Positions 41,365 to 59,766 of a DNA stretch of 64,000 nucleotides are shown one piece after another. The stretch's first letter is position 1. Each line of letters begins with the position of its first letter. The notes under the pieces were generated by a model, which was not told where the DNA came from, made no database searches, and saw only the letters and a program-made list of their open reading frames with translations. The position numbers and the translations under genes are program-made. This DNA is from Trichoplax adhaerens (taxonomy: Eukaryota > Animalia > Placozoa): positions 5,419,867 to 5,483,866 of the forward strand of contig NW_002060946.1 of the NCBI RefSeq assembly GCF_000150275.1, written 5' to 3'.

Positions 41365-41849
41365 CTCACATTAGCTGTTTGTCGCACTATGTGTTTGGAG
41401 TTACTGTAACGTCTTACTACGTTGGAATAATAAATGGTGTTTGTGTAAGGTAAAGGTATACAACTCGTTAGTGATAGAGGTAACTTGATTATGACTTCCT
41501 TTTGGATGGGGATATTTCCAACTTCTGTCTACTGATAATCCAAGTCGTGTTTGCGCGTCTAGACTACTCGATGGAGTTCTTCCTTCAGGCTTTTCTCCTC
41601 ATCGATGGATTTATTATGCGGAAAATAGACTTTAAATGCTATACAATAACTATGATCAAGCCTTCATCAATTGCTCTACTATCCAAAGCAATAATTCTAT
41701 CCAATTCTACCATTTTCAGTCGCTATGTTCTCCGTTGGATGGATAAATCAACAGTTGTTGTGTATACAACGATCATTGCCATGGCATTCCAGCCTTCATT
41801 TGCATGACAATGGTTTCTAGACACGTGGGCTACTACGTAAGCGGTACCC

Positions 41850-42040
41850 GGTACAGTACAATTGACTGACTACAGTAGTTGGCGTACAGTACACTGCACT
41901 GTACACTGTACGGCTAGTTGGGCGAGTCATCTGTGCCAGACTTACAGTACAGTACAGTACAGTACAGTACTGCACTCCAGTCTGGGAGTCCCAGATTTCA
42001 CAGTACTGTACAGTACAACGTTTTTTACTTAGTACTGTAG
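41850..42040. promoter_or_regulatory. CAGTA/TACTG motif island upstream of the EF-hand/CAP-Gly gene
   Basis: (TACAG)5 run at about 41943-41970, plus cagtactgtacagtac and cactgtacactgtac, about 0.5 kb 5' of the first coding exon on the minus strand. Confidence 0.6.
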
Positions 42041-43965
42041 AGAATTCGGAATTTAATACAATATTACGCAAAAGTTGCTCTATCAACCTCATTTTAATCA
42101 ATTAAATTAAAAAGCTAAGTTATTCAGCTTTATATTCGTATAATTTTTATTACATTCTGATTCACTCTGGTGATTTTAGGGCACCTTAAAGTACTCTGAT
42201 TCGAACTGGTTCACGTTGCATCGATCACGATTCTAGGGGCGTGGCGAGCTGTTTAGAATGGTTGAAAGATGTTCAGCTATAGCGTTGCCTTAAATGATGC
42301 CTTTCAATAGTGAAGAAATGGACTTTCAATTTGACTCCAATTCCTTGCAGTCAGATCAGTACAACCTTGAGCAATTAGCTCTTGATATTTTTGATTACTT
42401 TTTATCGCAGTGTTGAATAATTACATTTCTTTCAAGTTTCTAATACAAACCATCAGTCGTTCCAACCATTTTACAAGTCACGTCGTAATACCGGTCTATA
42501 CTGGTACGTTCCACGCAATATTATCGATCGATTAAAATGCGGAATACCACAAATTACCAGTTAGTAGGGTAGGCTAGAGCTGCAAGACAACGACAGTAGA
42601 TATTCTTCTAGTAGTCCATGAATATGCGTACTGTACTGTAGTAGTCCCTACTGTAGTGTATATATTAAGTCTTGGGCTTCTAGATAGTTAGAAGTGTGTT
42701 GCATCAGGAAATTTCCTTTTTAAGTATCGTATGGAATCTCAAATGATATGCATCTAGAGCGTTAGTAAAGGATTCGTATGTCATGGATTGGATTGCTCAT
42801 CATCATTGCGATACGTAATGATATTGCTAAGTTTTACAAGCCTTTTGTCCTAAAACTTGAAAAAAAGGTGTACTATTATTTATTTGTACCTGTAAGCTGC
42901 CCATTTCAATGAACGAGCACATAACCTGAACAAAGCAATAAATTAAATTAAAAAAAAATTCACAGCTAGATTATTTTCATAACTAACCTACTAGAAGACA
43001 GATAAGAGTATTGCAATCTACTGAGTTATAGTACGTACAGTACGTCCATTATGCTGTGCAATCACTCTTGTATCATGATCATGAAGCGGTTAGTAATTTA
43101 ATTTTGATTACTACAGACTAGGCTAACTGTCGGCAGAGACTTCTCGAGCTTTTTATTACCCAAGCTATAGAAAGAAAGAAATGGAAAAGCCCCTGCAGTC
43201 GGCCGCTTTGCTGGCCTATTATTCAACGTACAGTCAACTCTATTGATTTAGCCATTATTTATGACGTACTGATTTAATTTCCGATGTTGTTCATTTACAG
43301 TACCAAAACGTTGCTTGCAATATTGTATACAGTACTATATAGGATGACTAAAAGGATAAGCGTACTTTATAGCAGACTATCCTATAGGATCCAAGATAAT
43401 GGCATCAATCTTACTATTTTATGTTCAAATCAAATCATTTTGATTGATGTAATCTGTTCAATTATATATACACGTCGATATAATACACATGACCATGTCA
43501 TTTCAAAGCAGGGCAAGGATCATATGGCAGTCATCCAATCATTGCATTGATGCCAGCTCTTATGCAAATGCAATGATGACCATTGCCTGACCTTGACTAA
43601 CTTGTATAATTGAAATCATGGATGGAATACGCTCTTTGCTGCTCCTTGCATGCTGAACAGATTGAGCATGAAATACTTTGAAATGTAAATCAGGACAACG
43701 CCCACTTCGGCATCACGTCAACCTCGACACTCTACAGTAGGTCAAAGGTGTAAGGAAAGCAACATTAGCCTAGAATTGAATCTATTTGCAACTTATGGAC
43801 TTTAGAAGAGGTTCAAAAAATAAAATAAATAAATAAATCCTGCAAGTGAGTTAATACTTCAAGATATCTTGGCTGATCTTCCAATCTTTGACTCTTGTTT
43901 ATTGATTAATTAATCATATATTATTATTGACGAACTGCTCAAAAGAACACCACAAGGTCCCACTA

Positions 43966-44230
43966 GTACTAGCATACAGTACTACTACGTGTGGCTTGCC
44001 TGTAGCCTACAGACTGTAGGACAGTTGAACCGTGATGGCTGTACCGTTACGGTACGGCCCATGACGAGACTGCGCTGTTGACTCGAAAAATAACAAAACT
44101 TGCCTACTTGCCACTGTATGGGACTTTAGGTAGTGTACAGTACATGTGCAGCGCACGTACTAGTTGTTTGACGTCACCACCAGCTCACCTTGACCGGTGC
44201 ATACCCTAACCCTAACACACAGGGGTACAG
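43966..44230. promoter_or_regulatory. CAGTA/TACTG motif island upstream of the FAD oxidoreductase gene, with CRE palindrome and (CCCTAA)2
   Basis: tacagtactac, cctacagactgtagg, gtaccgttacggtac, gtgtacagtac; TTGAACCGTGA at 44025; TGACGTCA at 44169; CCCTAACCCTAAC at 44204. Confidence 0.5.
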
Positions 44231-44910
44231 AAACAATAGGAAGGGCACAGTAGGTGTGGGTGTTACCCTTTCAAGGAAAATTATATTTTTTTGAGGTAAA
44301 AAGCCTGAAGGCAAGCATCCATTTCTGCCTTCTTTGCTGCTCAGTTATTATACATCCCTTGGTCGTCCAGTAGCTCGATCTTCGTCTGTTATCATCGTAG
44401 ACTCTAGTAGCATTTCTCTACTGGAGTGGACATCGATACAACGACAAGCTAGAATTATTATCGTTGATTGATCCTTGTCTAAATTAACGACTCGCAGTCT
44501 ACACTCTACGGCAATATTGGATGTTGCAAATTTGCGTGGTGCAATCAGCATAGCATTAATGAACTTTTTACTTTATATTATTCGCACTAATCGCATCGTT
44601 AATCTGAATAAGTGAAAGTTAAACAATCTGTGATTCTATCATCGGAAATAGTCTTCTTGGATTGCCTAGCGGAGATTTAATCTCGTTCACAACGACCACC
44701 AAATTTATTACTCAGTAACAGAACCGGGAGAAGTCAATTTTTTAAATTTGCCCCCGCTTAGAAGAAATCTGCCTACAATTACTGTTTAGCATTACATCCT
44801 ACTTAATTGCTGCTATTTTCAATTGATACCTCCTCTTGTTTGCACTATATTCTACATTTTAAAATTTTTTCTTGGTGTCACCTTACAAACTATTCCTTAA
44901 CAACGAGTGA

Positions 44911-47900
44911 ATGAAAATGTCGCCGCAAAGTAAAACCAATAAGCCGTTAAATGTTGCTGTTATTGGAAGTGGCTTAGCCGGGATTAGTGCAGCTTGGTTT
45001 CTTACTCGATGTGGTCATAACGTGCATTTATACGAAAGGCATAAATTATTAGGACTTGGAGCTCATTCTGTTCAAGTTGGTTCGGTTGGTGATGTCGTGG
45101 ATGTACCGGCTAGAACATTTGTAGCAGGTAAATGACTCTAGGTACAATTAGTTTAACAAATCTATAAAAATAGTGTTCCATCGTATCAACCTTAATAAAT
45201 AGCACTCTACCCTATAGTAGACGATCAATAATTTTTCAACATAAAAGATATTTCGACACTTCTTCATGTTGTATCGTTAGCGGTGAATGAGGATGAAACA
45301 TATTACTTTAAACCAGATTCTCTATTGATATCATTTGAGAATTTCAAGACACACCTGAAAATGCAGCTAGTCATGCCAGCTTCAAATGCAACGACTTCAA
45401 AGCAGAAGACAGTGTGATTTATCAATGTTTTGCAAATCTACTTCCTAGATATTACTCTAAATTTCAATACTACTTTTCATCAATTTTCATCCTTTTCATT
45501 TCATGCCAGTCGTTTAAAAATTTCACTTTTCACCAAATTGCAAGACTATCTTAGCCCTGTAATTTGAATGCAATGAAATGCAGTAAGATCATTTAGCATG
45601 CATTATTCTGTAAGCGATACTAAAAACACGGAAACAACTGGGGTATGTTGTGTACAGCATCCAGAACTAAATGGATTGCCATTAAAAACAACTAAACAAA
45701 ATGATGCTGTCAAGGGTCCGTGAAGTATACGCTAAAAGTAACAAATAATAGACAGTAGTACAATATAGTGTAACCTATCGATCAAGCCGGAGACCTCCTG
45801 TGTATTAAATGAATAGATTCAATAGCAAATTGAATTACTATCATTTACTAATATGATGCAATTTGCTAATATGGCCAATGCTGCTCGACCGCCATTGACG
45901 AATTTCAAACTAATGCATCATTGATACCAATATAGACAAGTATTTACATTATTAAAACTAGCGCGGAAGTAGTATGGTTAGTATGTTAACAGTGAAAGTG
46001 AGTCATTTTTGAAAATGGAATTAAACTATTTATTTTATGGACTGATCAAGGATGGTTTTGGTAATATTGAGTACTGAAAAGTTTCTTTACGTGTAAACAT
46101 CTACATTATGTGTCAGCCCAGCCTAAAATAGGGATAGGTTACCATTATTTATAGTACAATTGTAGTATTCAAGTTCTACTGAAGCCAATTACTCTGTAGG
46201 CAAACTGATAACAGTGTTGATAGGCGAAATCGCTAGAATTAGTGAAGTAAAAATGCAGAATGATTGAAAATTTACTATACCCATATGCTCGTATACTGTA
46301 ATCATAGGCAGTAGTAATGTGAATGGCACTGTAAACAATACTCTACAGTATAATGTATGAAATATATCCAAAATGGAGCAGCAACGCCACTCTTTACCAG
46401 GTTATAATACAGAATAGCTGTAATGCATTCTCGTCTTGAATGGGACTGTTATTTGGCGCAGCTTGTAAAGCTACAGAATCTGCATACAAATCATACGACC
46501 TTTTAGACTTATGATGCAAGCTGCAATAGGGCACGTAACTGAAATTTAAATTTGAATTACAGCAAATTAATGATGCTACCTGTTCAATATTATGAGATAA
46601 TCACTTCGTACCTACTGATATTAGAATATTTAGAGTTAGTGTAATTACTACATGTTATTACATTTCAATGATTTTGATCTTGCACGATTTCTTCTATGGC
46701 TAATTGCCCTCAAAGTTGAAAGCGCAAGGGTGAAATTTGACTATGTTGTTATCTAATTAATATATACTCGTATATTCCATTTAAGGCTACTACCCAGAAA
46801 TGGTTGCCCTATGTCGAGAAGCAGGTGTGCAGACACATCGTATTGTTGCAGAGCCGTCCTTTCAGGTACTTGTATAGTGCGATACCAATGTCATAATGAC
46901 GATTATTCCTAATCTCTGTATTACTAAGTAAAAGTCAGTTCTGTGCTAAATGTAAAAATATGGTTACTTACTTTGTCATTGATGTAACAAGAATTTAAGA
47001 AGTAAATTACTACTAGCATGCTGTGTCGGAAGAATTTTATGCTATCGTAAGATTATTCTGCAAAGCTGATAAATTGATTATATAAGTCCTTTGTATCAAC
47101 AAATGGAGGTATCTGGTTCGTACCAGCAAGTAGTATTACTATTATAATATCTCCTATGTTGGCTATGTATTCTATTAGCAGCGTATAGTTGCAAGTGTGA
47201 TCACTGTGAATAATACGTATATTTCATCTAGGTTTTTGGTGAAAAGAACTATTTCGCATTTAGAAACTTTCTCATTGGAGCATACGCCTTACCATTCTTA
47301 AAAATAACTGACGCCATCAAAAATTGGAAATTCACATGGAATATCCTGTATGACATGTGGCGATTTAGAAATGAAAGTTTAAGGGTGCAAGCCTCTGAAG
47401 TAAATATACAGAATTATATAAATAGTCGCTACACTTTATTTTTATACAGTACTGCAGCATTTATAGCATTCATCCTACAGATTGCTACACTACTTTTAAT
47501 TTATAATTAATTATGCTACTAGTTATATCTATGACAGTGTCATATCTTATCTATAAACAATAGTGTATATACAGTATATATATACCCGTATCTTTCAGGT
47601 TCACATTAATGTAAACTAGGCACAACATGATACTCTTACTAAAGCTTTCGCTTAAAATTTTTAAAGCTGTTAAAACAGAAATATCTGACCGTTAGCGTTC
47701 AGGAATACTTAGATCAAGAAGGTTATAGCAAAGAATTTGGCCATAACTTTCTTCTTCCTCTTTTTGGCGGTTAGTAAGCAGAATGAAACACATTTTTTCT
47801 GTTAAAGTAATGTTCTATTACTTCTTATGAATAAATAATCATGAATTGTAACATGATCTTGTTGACTTATGAAGTTGTTGCTACGTGCTCAATACAAGCT

Positions 47901-49586
47901 GTACAAAATTATCCTGCTGCTGTTGTCATGGAATTTTTATCAAAAGTATTACTAACTGGCAAAACATATTCCAAATTCACTGCGGGATGTCGCAAAGTCT
48001 CCGAAGATCTTGTTAAGGTAAAGATTTCTGCTGGCGTAAATAGAGGCTTGTTTTATTGATTTGTAGTTTATCCATAGGACGTCAATGCGGTTTATAGGGA
48101 TACAACAGTAGAATACGTGAAGCCTGTGGTTCAAAAGGATGGAAGTGTCAATGAAGTGGCCGTAAAAATAAAGGGTCAACCACGTCGAATTTACGATCAT
48201 GTTATCTTATCTACTCAGGCTAATCAGGCTTTGAAAATCTTAGTTGATGCAACTGATGATCAGAAAGAGGTTTTGTCGGGCTTTGAGTACGAGTATAATG
48301 AATGTATAGTACATACGGATTCTGTAAGTATGCTATGAATGATGGGGACTTAATTTTCAGCACTTATGCTATTCGATCTTGAGTTCGATGCATTTAATTT
48401 ATTTCATAGCTTTGTTTGCAGTGCTTACAGAAAGATTAACGCTAGCTTTGATTATTGTTATATGACCTCAATGTTACGTTTACCATACTGTATCATTCAA
48501 ATAATTAGTTATCAAGTATATATCCGCTACTTTCGTAATTCACATAAGACTAAAAACGTTTGTATACGCGTTTTAAATTTGTACTTGCTGACGAGCTGAA
48601 TTTGACTGATAAAGTAAGTTGTTGTAGCATAGCCTTTATCGAATAATAAATCATGACTAGTCGTTGTATATGAAATTGAACATGCTTCAAAATATGCGTA
48701 GATACTTGCAAACTTGATCGCAATTTTCTTTTGGTTCAATAGTGAAATGATGTATTTATCATGCTATTAATTCTTTTTTTAATTTTAACAGTCGTTAATG
48801 CCTAAAGATAGGAAAGATTGGTCACCGTTGAGCATCTATATTAAGCCGGATAATTATCAAGAGGACGATGAAAAGAGTAAGCGAACGACAATCATGTTTA
48901 CTATGTGGCAGAATACGGTGCAAAAGTTTCATGATCACAATTTTACGCAAGACTCCGATGAAAAGACGATCGATTACGGCGATCTATTCCAAACTTGGAA
49001 TCCGTGGACTCAACCAGATCCAGCAACTATCGTGGTAATTTGGACTTTGAGACCAATACTCGTTGATTCATTGGTTAATTTGTAATAACTGATTTTGATC
49101 AATGATCAATGTCTTTATCATAGCCTGGTGGACGAAAACAATTGGAAAGATCTACAGTAACGGTTCAAACGCCAAAATATTGGGAAATGGTAAAAAAGAT
49201 TCAGGGACAAAATAATATTTGGTAAGTTTGTTCAGTTTTACCCAATGTAATATTCGATATTTTAGCTTGTCGGGAGCAATGAAAACGTTGGTTTAAAGGA
49301 TATGGAAATAGTATATAACATAGGAAACTAAATTTTACAATTGCAACTCAGGTTTTGTGGAGCGTACACTTTGCCTGGTGTCCCACTGCTTGAAAATGCT
49401 GTAAATAGTGGTTTAAATGTAGCTGAAAAATTGACCAACGAAGTTCGGCCATGGCGTTCTGGCGGTTATAATCCACAGATTCAACAAGTATCAGTCCCTT
49501 TCAAGCATAATTGTATCACTAACTTGCTGATGGCTCTGCTTATGTTGACTATCGCTTATCTTGTCGCTATTCGAATGTTAGAATAA
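44911..49586 (+). CDS. FAD-dependent oxidoreductase (amine-oxidase fold, COG2907-like) with C-terminal transmembrane anchor, multi-exon
   Basis: Rossmann motif VAVIGSGLAGISAAWFL...YERHKLLGLGAHS; VDVPARTFVAG|YYPEMVAL; YDHVILSTQANQAL; VHTDS|SLMPKDRKDW; IQGQNNIW|FCGAYTLPGVPLLENAVNSGLNVA; hydrophobic tail LLMALLMLTIAYLVAIRMLE*. Confidence 0.88.
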
Positions 49587-50673
49587 CTTTACTCGTTAAT
49601 TAAAATGTAGCTGAATGAAATTATACTGGCAATGAAGTATTTCGTGGTTAACGAAACTTTTTATTGATCCGAAATGGGTCAGAACTTGATCATTTTATAG
49701 TCATGGATAATTTAATTTGTGTTAGTATGGCTATCTTATAGTACCCAGTTACATTCTCTACCAGGGCTGCTTTGATGTGCTGGAAACGGTGTTCAAATCT
49801 ACAGTATGTACATACCCAATGTTATGACGTAATCAAGCATAATTCATTTTCTTCTTCATGATCATTTCAGTACTTGAAAGGACTATAATTTGCTGTAAGC
49901 TGTAGTTGTGATACAATTGGTAATAAATTGATGTTATAGCAGCATTAAAATTCAGTTTGAAATGCAACTAAAATCTTGACATAAAATGGAGACAACTTGA
50001 ATCTACCTGGTGTTGTATTATGGTTGACTTTGCTCAGAATGTGCATACTGTTATACTGTATTGTAAACAGCGTTACCTAATAGGATTCAATTACCGAATA
50101 CTTTTGAACTCAATTCACTCCCCTTTCAAGATACTACACTACGATATCATGTCAACGTGCACACTGGCCTCCCTTTAAACAGCAAGAGGGCATTGAATTC
50201 AATTTATTAGGAACTGTAGATGCCTTTTCGTTCTCTGCAATCAAGACGATCGAGTTATTCAGGGTATCTGCAGTATACTGCATAGTGACGTCAGAATACA
50301 CTAGTGTCTATTACGTCCTGTACTTTACAATGTACCGTATAGTATACTTTATGCAGCCGTGCTGAACCAGTGCCTGTTACGGTGCAGCACGGAAGTAAAG
50401 CACGACTAACCATTGACTTACTATCACTAAAAATATCTTGTTCTAGTTGTCGTTAGCAAATATCGATATTGGAATCGATCATTGTCCGTTCTTACTAGAT
50501 GATTAACATCAACATGAATTGAATTTTTGGATCGTCACCCCAGTGAGCAACTGGTCGTAAAATGCAGAACAATTACTCACTTTTCTTTACTGTTAGTAAT
50601 GTAATCCCTGCTCCTATGCGTACGGCCAATCCATAGCAAGCTTTCAATACAAGCACCGTCAACGGTGGTGCAA

Positions 50674-51550
50674 CAGTACTGTACGTAAAATACAGAATAC
50701 GATTAGCCAGGGTATTATACAGTACGTTAGGTTTCTATCTACAGTAATATAAAAAAGAGACTTGATTACTGTTGTATCCTCATTGAAAGAGATATACTAT
50801 ACAGGACAGGGCTGCTAATCGGTCTTCATTCATGATTAATTCAAGTTCATGCTCCTTTTACACTATGTTCATAGATTGACTGGCGTCGATAGACAATGTC
50901 AATATCATAATACAATCAATCCAAGTAATGTAGTTTGTGTAAGTGGGCTACTATACTGTTCAATGCTAATGATGAAATGCAATAAAATGGCTGAGATTCG
51001 ATTACGTAAGAACGATCTACAGTACAGTAGGTCTGACCAACGCTAAAAATAGAGTACCGTAGACTACAGTACTATATACTGTGCATTACAGTACAGTATA
51101 CTGTACTATACTGTCGAGCATACGGTACACTACTGTCGAGAGACATCTTTGCGGTACTTTATTCTGTACTGACAACGTTGAACGTCCCCTTTGAAAGGTA
51201 ACTTGGAGACAAAACACGGTTGTACTACTGTACCGTACTGTACACTGCACAATGGTGCTTGACATACAGTACAGTACAGTACAGTACTGTACAGTACTGT
51301 ACACTGTACAGTACATGTACTGTACAGTATTATACTGTACCGTACTCTGTACTCTACTGGACTCTACCATACTGTAGACTTGGTCCGGCCTTCTATCTGT
51401 ACCGTATAACATCCATCCTTCTAGCGCGCTGGCAGCTTTTACTGTATGTATAGTACTGCGGTTGTTACGGCACAACATTGGCTTGAAAACGTTGAACAGG
51501 AGGAATCTGTTTGTGAAGAAAATTGTTTTCAACTAGCTGCATTCAACAAG
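50674..51550 (+). promoter_or_regulatory. Densest CAGTA/TACTG island plus putative non-coding first exon of the WWP/ITCH gene
   Basis: tacagtacagtacagtacagtactgtacagtactgtacactgtacagtacatgtactgtacagta at about 51266-51330; strong donor AAG|GTAAGC at 51550/51551; no other gene seen before the WWP ATG. Confidence 0.6.
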
Positions 51551-52155
51551 GTAAGCAACATAAATATTCCTGTATTCCATTCTTTTAAAATAATCATCAA
51601 TCATACAACCTACATTTTATAATGTTCCATTCAAAATTATCCTTGTCTTTCCACACTCAATGTTATCGGGTAAGTCGATCATTTTCATTGCCATTTCTCA
51701 TTTCTCCTACACCGTTCTTGATGATGGCTAAAACTACAGTCATCAACTCGTAAAACACCGTGGCACAGTACGGCTCAATCATTGGTACACTAGGATTGTT
51801 GATGTACTGTATGGTCTGTAGTATCGTACTCTAGTCTACTCGACTTGCTATACTGTACAGTCTACAGGAGACGCAGTGGATGATGTTCATAGGAGCCGAA
51901 TATATCAATGGCCAACTGTTAGTGTACTATAAGAACACCGTCGGCTGATTCAGTGACACACATCGGAATGGCGTACTTCTTACGGCTAATTTGAACCTAG
52001 AATAGAATATAATGTAATCGTCAAATGGATGATATCAATCAAGGCTTGATATCTTTCGTATTCTTGCACGCTCATCAATCTTTATGACGACTATCATGTC
52101 TTCATTATACTGTATTCAGAATAGAAAGAAAGAAAGAAAGAAAAACTACAAACGA
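51125..52155 (+). repeat. Copy 1 of a ~1.03 kb direct duplication (copy 2 at 62969-63999)
   Basis: Matches 62969-63999 at a constant offset of 11844; the ORF track is duplicated at the same offset. Confidence 0.95.
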
Positions 52156-54766
52156 TGGTTCGTGCAATCTTTCAATGAGAATCCCATGAGTAAAGCCAAC
52201 CCATATTCGACTGTAGAATATACAGTACTGTATATACACTCATTCTCAAGGATACCTACTGTATTGTACTATGTATCATAGCAAAGACGGAGGGTAGAAA
52301 CACTCCAAAGTAATGTTTCATTTAGAAGAGTTTTTTCGACAGCGCAATAGTCATTCCTGATGGAAATTCTAGTCCATATTTTCTATGCCTTTACTCGATG
52401 ATATCTTTCTTACGCCACAAAAAAAAAAAAAAACACTCCAATTTTGACTGCCTTATCGATAAATTCTATTCTTATATACATGCTCGTCAATATTAAGGTA
52501 GTTCTAGTACTACACATGGGTCGATGTTGGTTTACATATATTGTAAATAGATGACTGTACGCGTATGTACAGTAGAGTTAAGAGATTTACCGTTGTGTCA
52601 AAGGGAAGGTATCGCAAATTCGCAACGAAATTGGAAAGCCCTTCTGTCACTCTCTAGTTCACATCGACTGACATATTTATTATTAGAATGCCCGATATTC
52701 CATATCCATACGACTATAATATATACTTTACGTACGTATAATGATCAAGGACTTCCAGTACTGTATTATTGATGAAATTTTTCTACCAGTTATCATTCTC
52801 AACAAGTCAACTGCAACTTTCTCGCTTTCCTCTAAACATGGAAACGTCATTTCTGTCTCCCCTTAGCCCTTTCTTAGTAACACTAACTGATACACAGTAC
52901 TGTATGTAGAAATTTTCCGTCATGAATTGAACGACGAGTCTCAATATCCACATGGAAATACTTCATGTTTTATAACTGAGATTCGATGAAAAAATTTAAA
53001 GAATTATTTTTACTGTCAATTCAACATAGTTATACCGTTGTCTATCATTACATGGACAGAATGGATCAATTAAACCATTTTACTACACACTGATAAATAT
53101 TTAGACTATTTTATCATTGGTTTATTTTCATGATTTACACGCGCAATTTTTCAACGGTCATGTTTCAATGTACTTCATAAAATGCTTGACGCATACAATG
53201 TTGAAGGTTGAGCCTACGGATTTGCTACAACAAAACTGTACTGTATTTTCTTCTTTTTCCTTGGCAATCATGTGATATCGAAATGTCAAGGCATGGAATT
53301 TGTAAATTGAAATGAAATCACTCATCCTATTATACAGGCTTGCGAAAGATGGCCATGGAGGGTTGAAATTTTTGATGGGAATTAATAATTGATTAAATTG
53401 GATGAAATATGTTTTTGTTGTATACTTTTCTCAAGGCCATTTTAATAACTTGCTTCTTGACGCGATTACATGATAGCCTGATTGGGCGTGCTTTGTATGA
53501 GACACACTATCACCGCCATTCTGAGGTGCAATCAGACTTTGGACGTGCGGACCACTGCCATCTAAAAATTGTCGTTTCCGTCAAATCCTGACTTGTATTG
53601 TACAAGTGTACTGTACACTGTACCATACAGTACAGCACAGGACGGTCAAGGTCTTGTTGAAAGATCTTCTTGGTATAGTACTGTAGTAGAAAGCAAATTC
53701 GGGACTCGATCGATTAGATTACGTCATATGCAATCATACGGGCGCCGCTACGGTGTGATTGCTATAATATAGTAGAGTGGTCACTATACCATGGTGCTTT
53801 TCAATTTTTATCAAATTTCACAAGCTGAAGATATCACTAGCAATTCCAAAACTGTCCTATGACTAGGACTACGATTGATTATACTGTAGATATGCGTACG
53901 TCAGCTTATTGGTATACAATAACAACCGGTAGAATGTAAAAAGGATGCTTTTGGTCACGTAGGGTATTGCGAACTTTGAACTAGATGCATGATGATAACC
54001 TCTTCTTATACCATGCCAGTCAAATCCAATCAGTTTCGTAGTCATGAGGTGTGATGGGGGTAAGCGGGGACCGTAAGTAAATAATGATCACCTGATGGTG
54101 TATGCTATACTAATCCCTTTGAAATGCTCAAGTAGCTTCATATGTTGAAATTATAATCATCATTTGCAACTGTGAATACGATACTCTGAAATGACTTGAT
54201 ACAACTCATTTATACTGGAGTAAATACTATACAGTACTCTAACAATATCCGAGAATTAATTGATCGACTGCCTGAGCATGAAATGAACTCCAACACTTCA
54301 TCACACCACATTGATATTATTTTAACATCTTAATTCTTCAACTGATTGACGTATATTGTAGTTTAATGGATTCCAGTTCTTGATGATAGTTTTGCTAATC
54401 GAACAATCATCACTTAGCTATGATTATTGTAGTGGTTACCTGTATATTCCATGAAATAGACAGTGCTGTACAATGTACATGTAAATTTGAAATTGACCTT
54501 ACGTGAATCTTCTTCCCGGACTCTTGAACATAGTCTACTCTTGGATATGTGATAATTCTAATGTTCTATGCATGTAAATGGAATAGATGATGATAAATGC
54601 CTTCAGAAAACAATCTGTTAACATTAAGTCTACTTTCTTCATTTAGAAAGTGTGAAACGACCGTGACGTCAACTTATGTAGAACTATATATTATGGTAAT
54701 GTGCTGAAATTTTCGACACTCTCTACGTACGTACGTCATATTGAAGTTGATATCAAAAAATAAAAT

Positions 54767-59766
<5,000 letters not shown>

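Noticed and set aside
44204-44216. CCCTAACCCTAAC as an interstitial telomere
   Set aside because: Only two units; compatible with chance.
49750-49810. GTTCAAATC T-loop-like word suggesting a tRNA
   Set aside because: No cloverleaf stems or D-arm could be built around it.
51230-51345. Resemblance of CTGTA...TACAG to bacterial LexA SOS boxes or to a CRISPR array
   Set aside because: The context is a spliced eukaryotic locus; spacing is irregular, there are no constant repeats with unique spacers and no cas genes.
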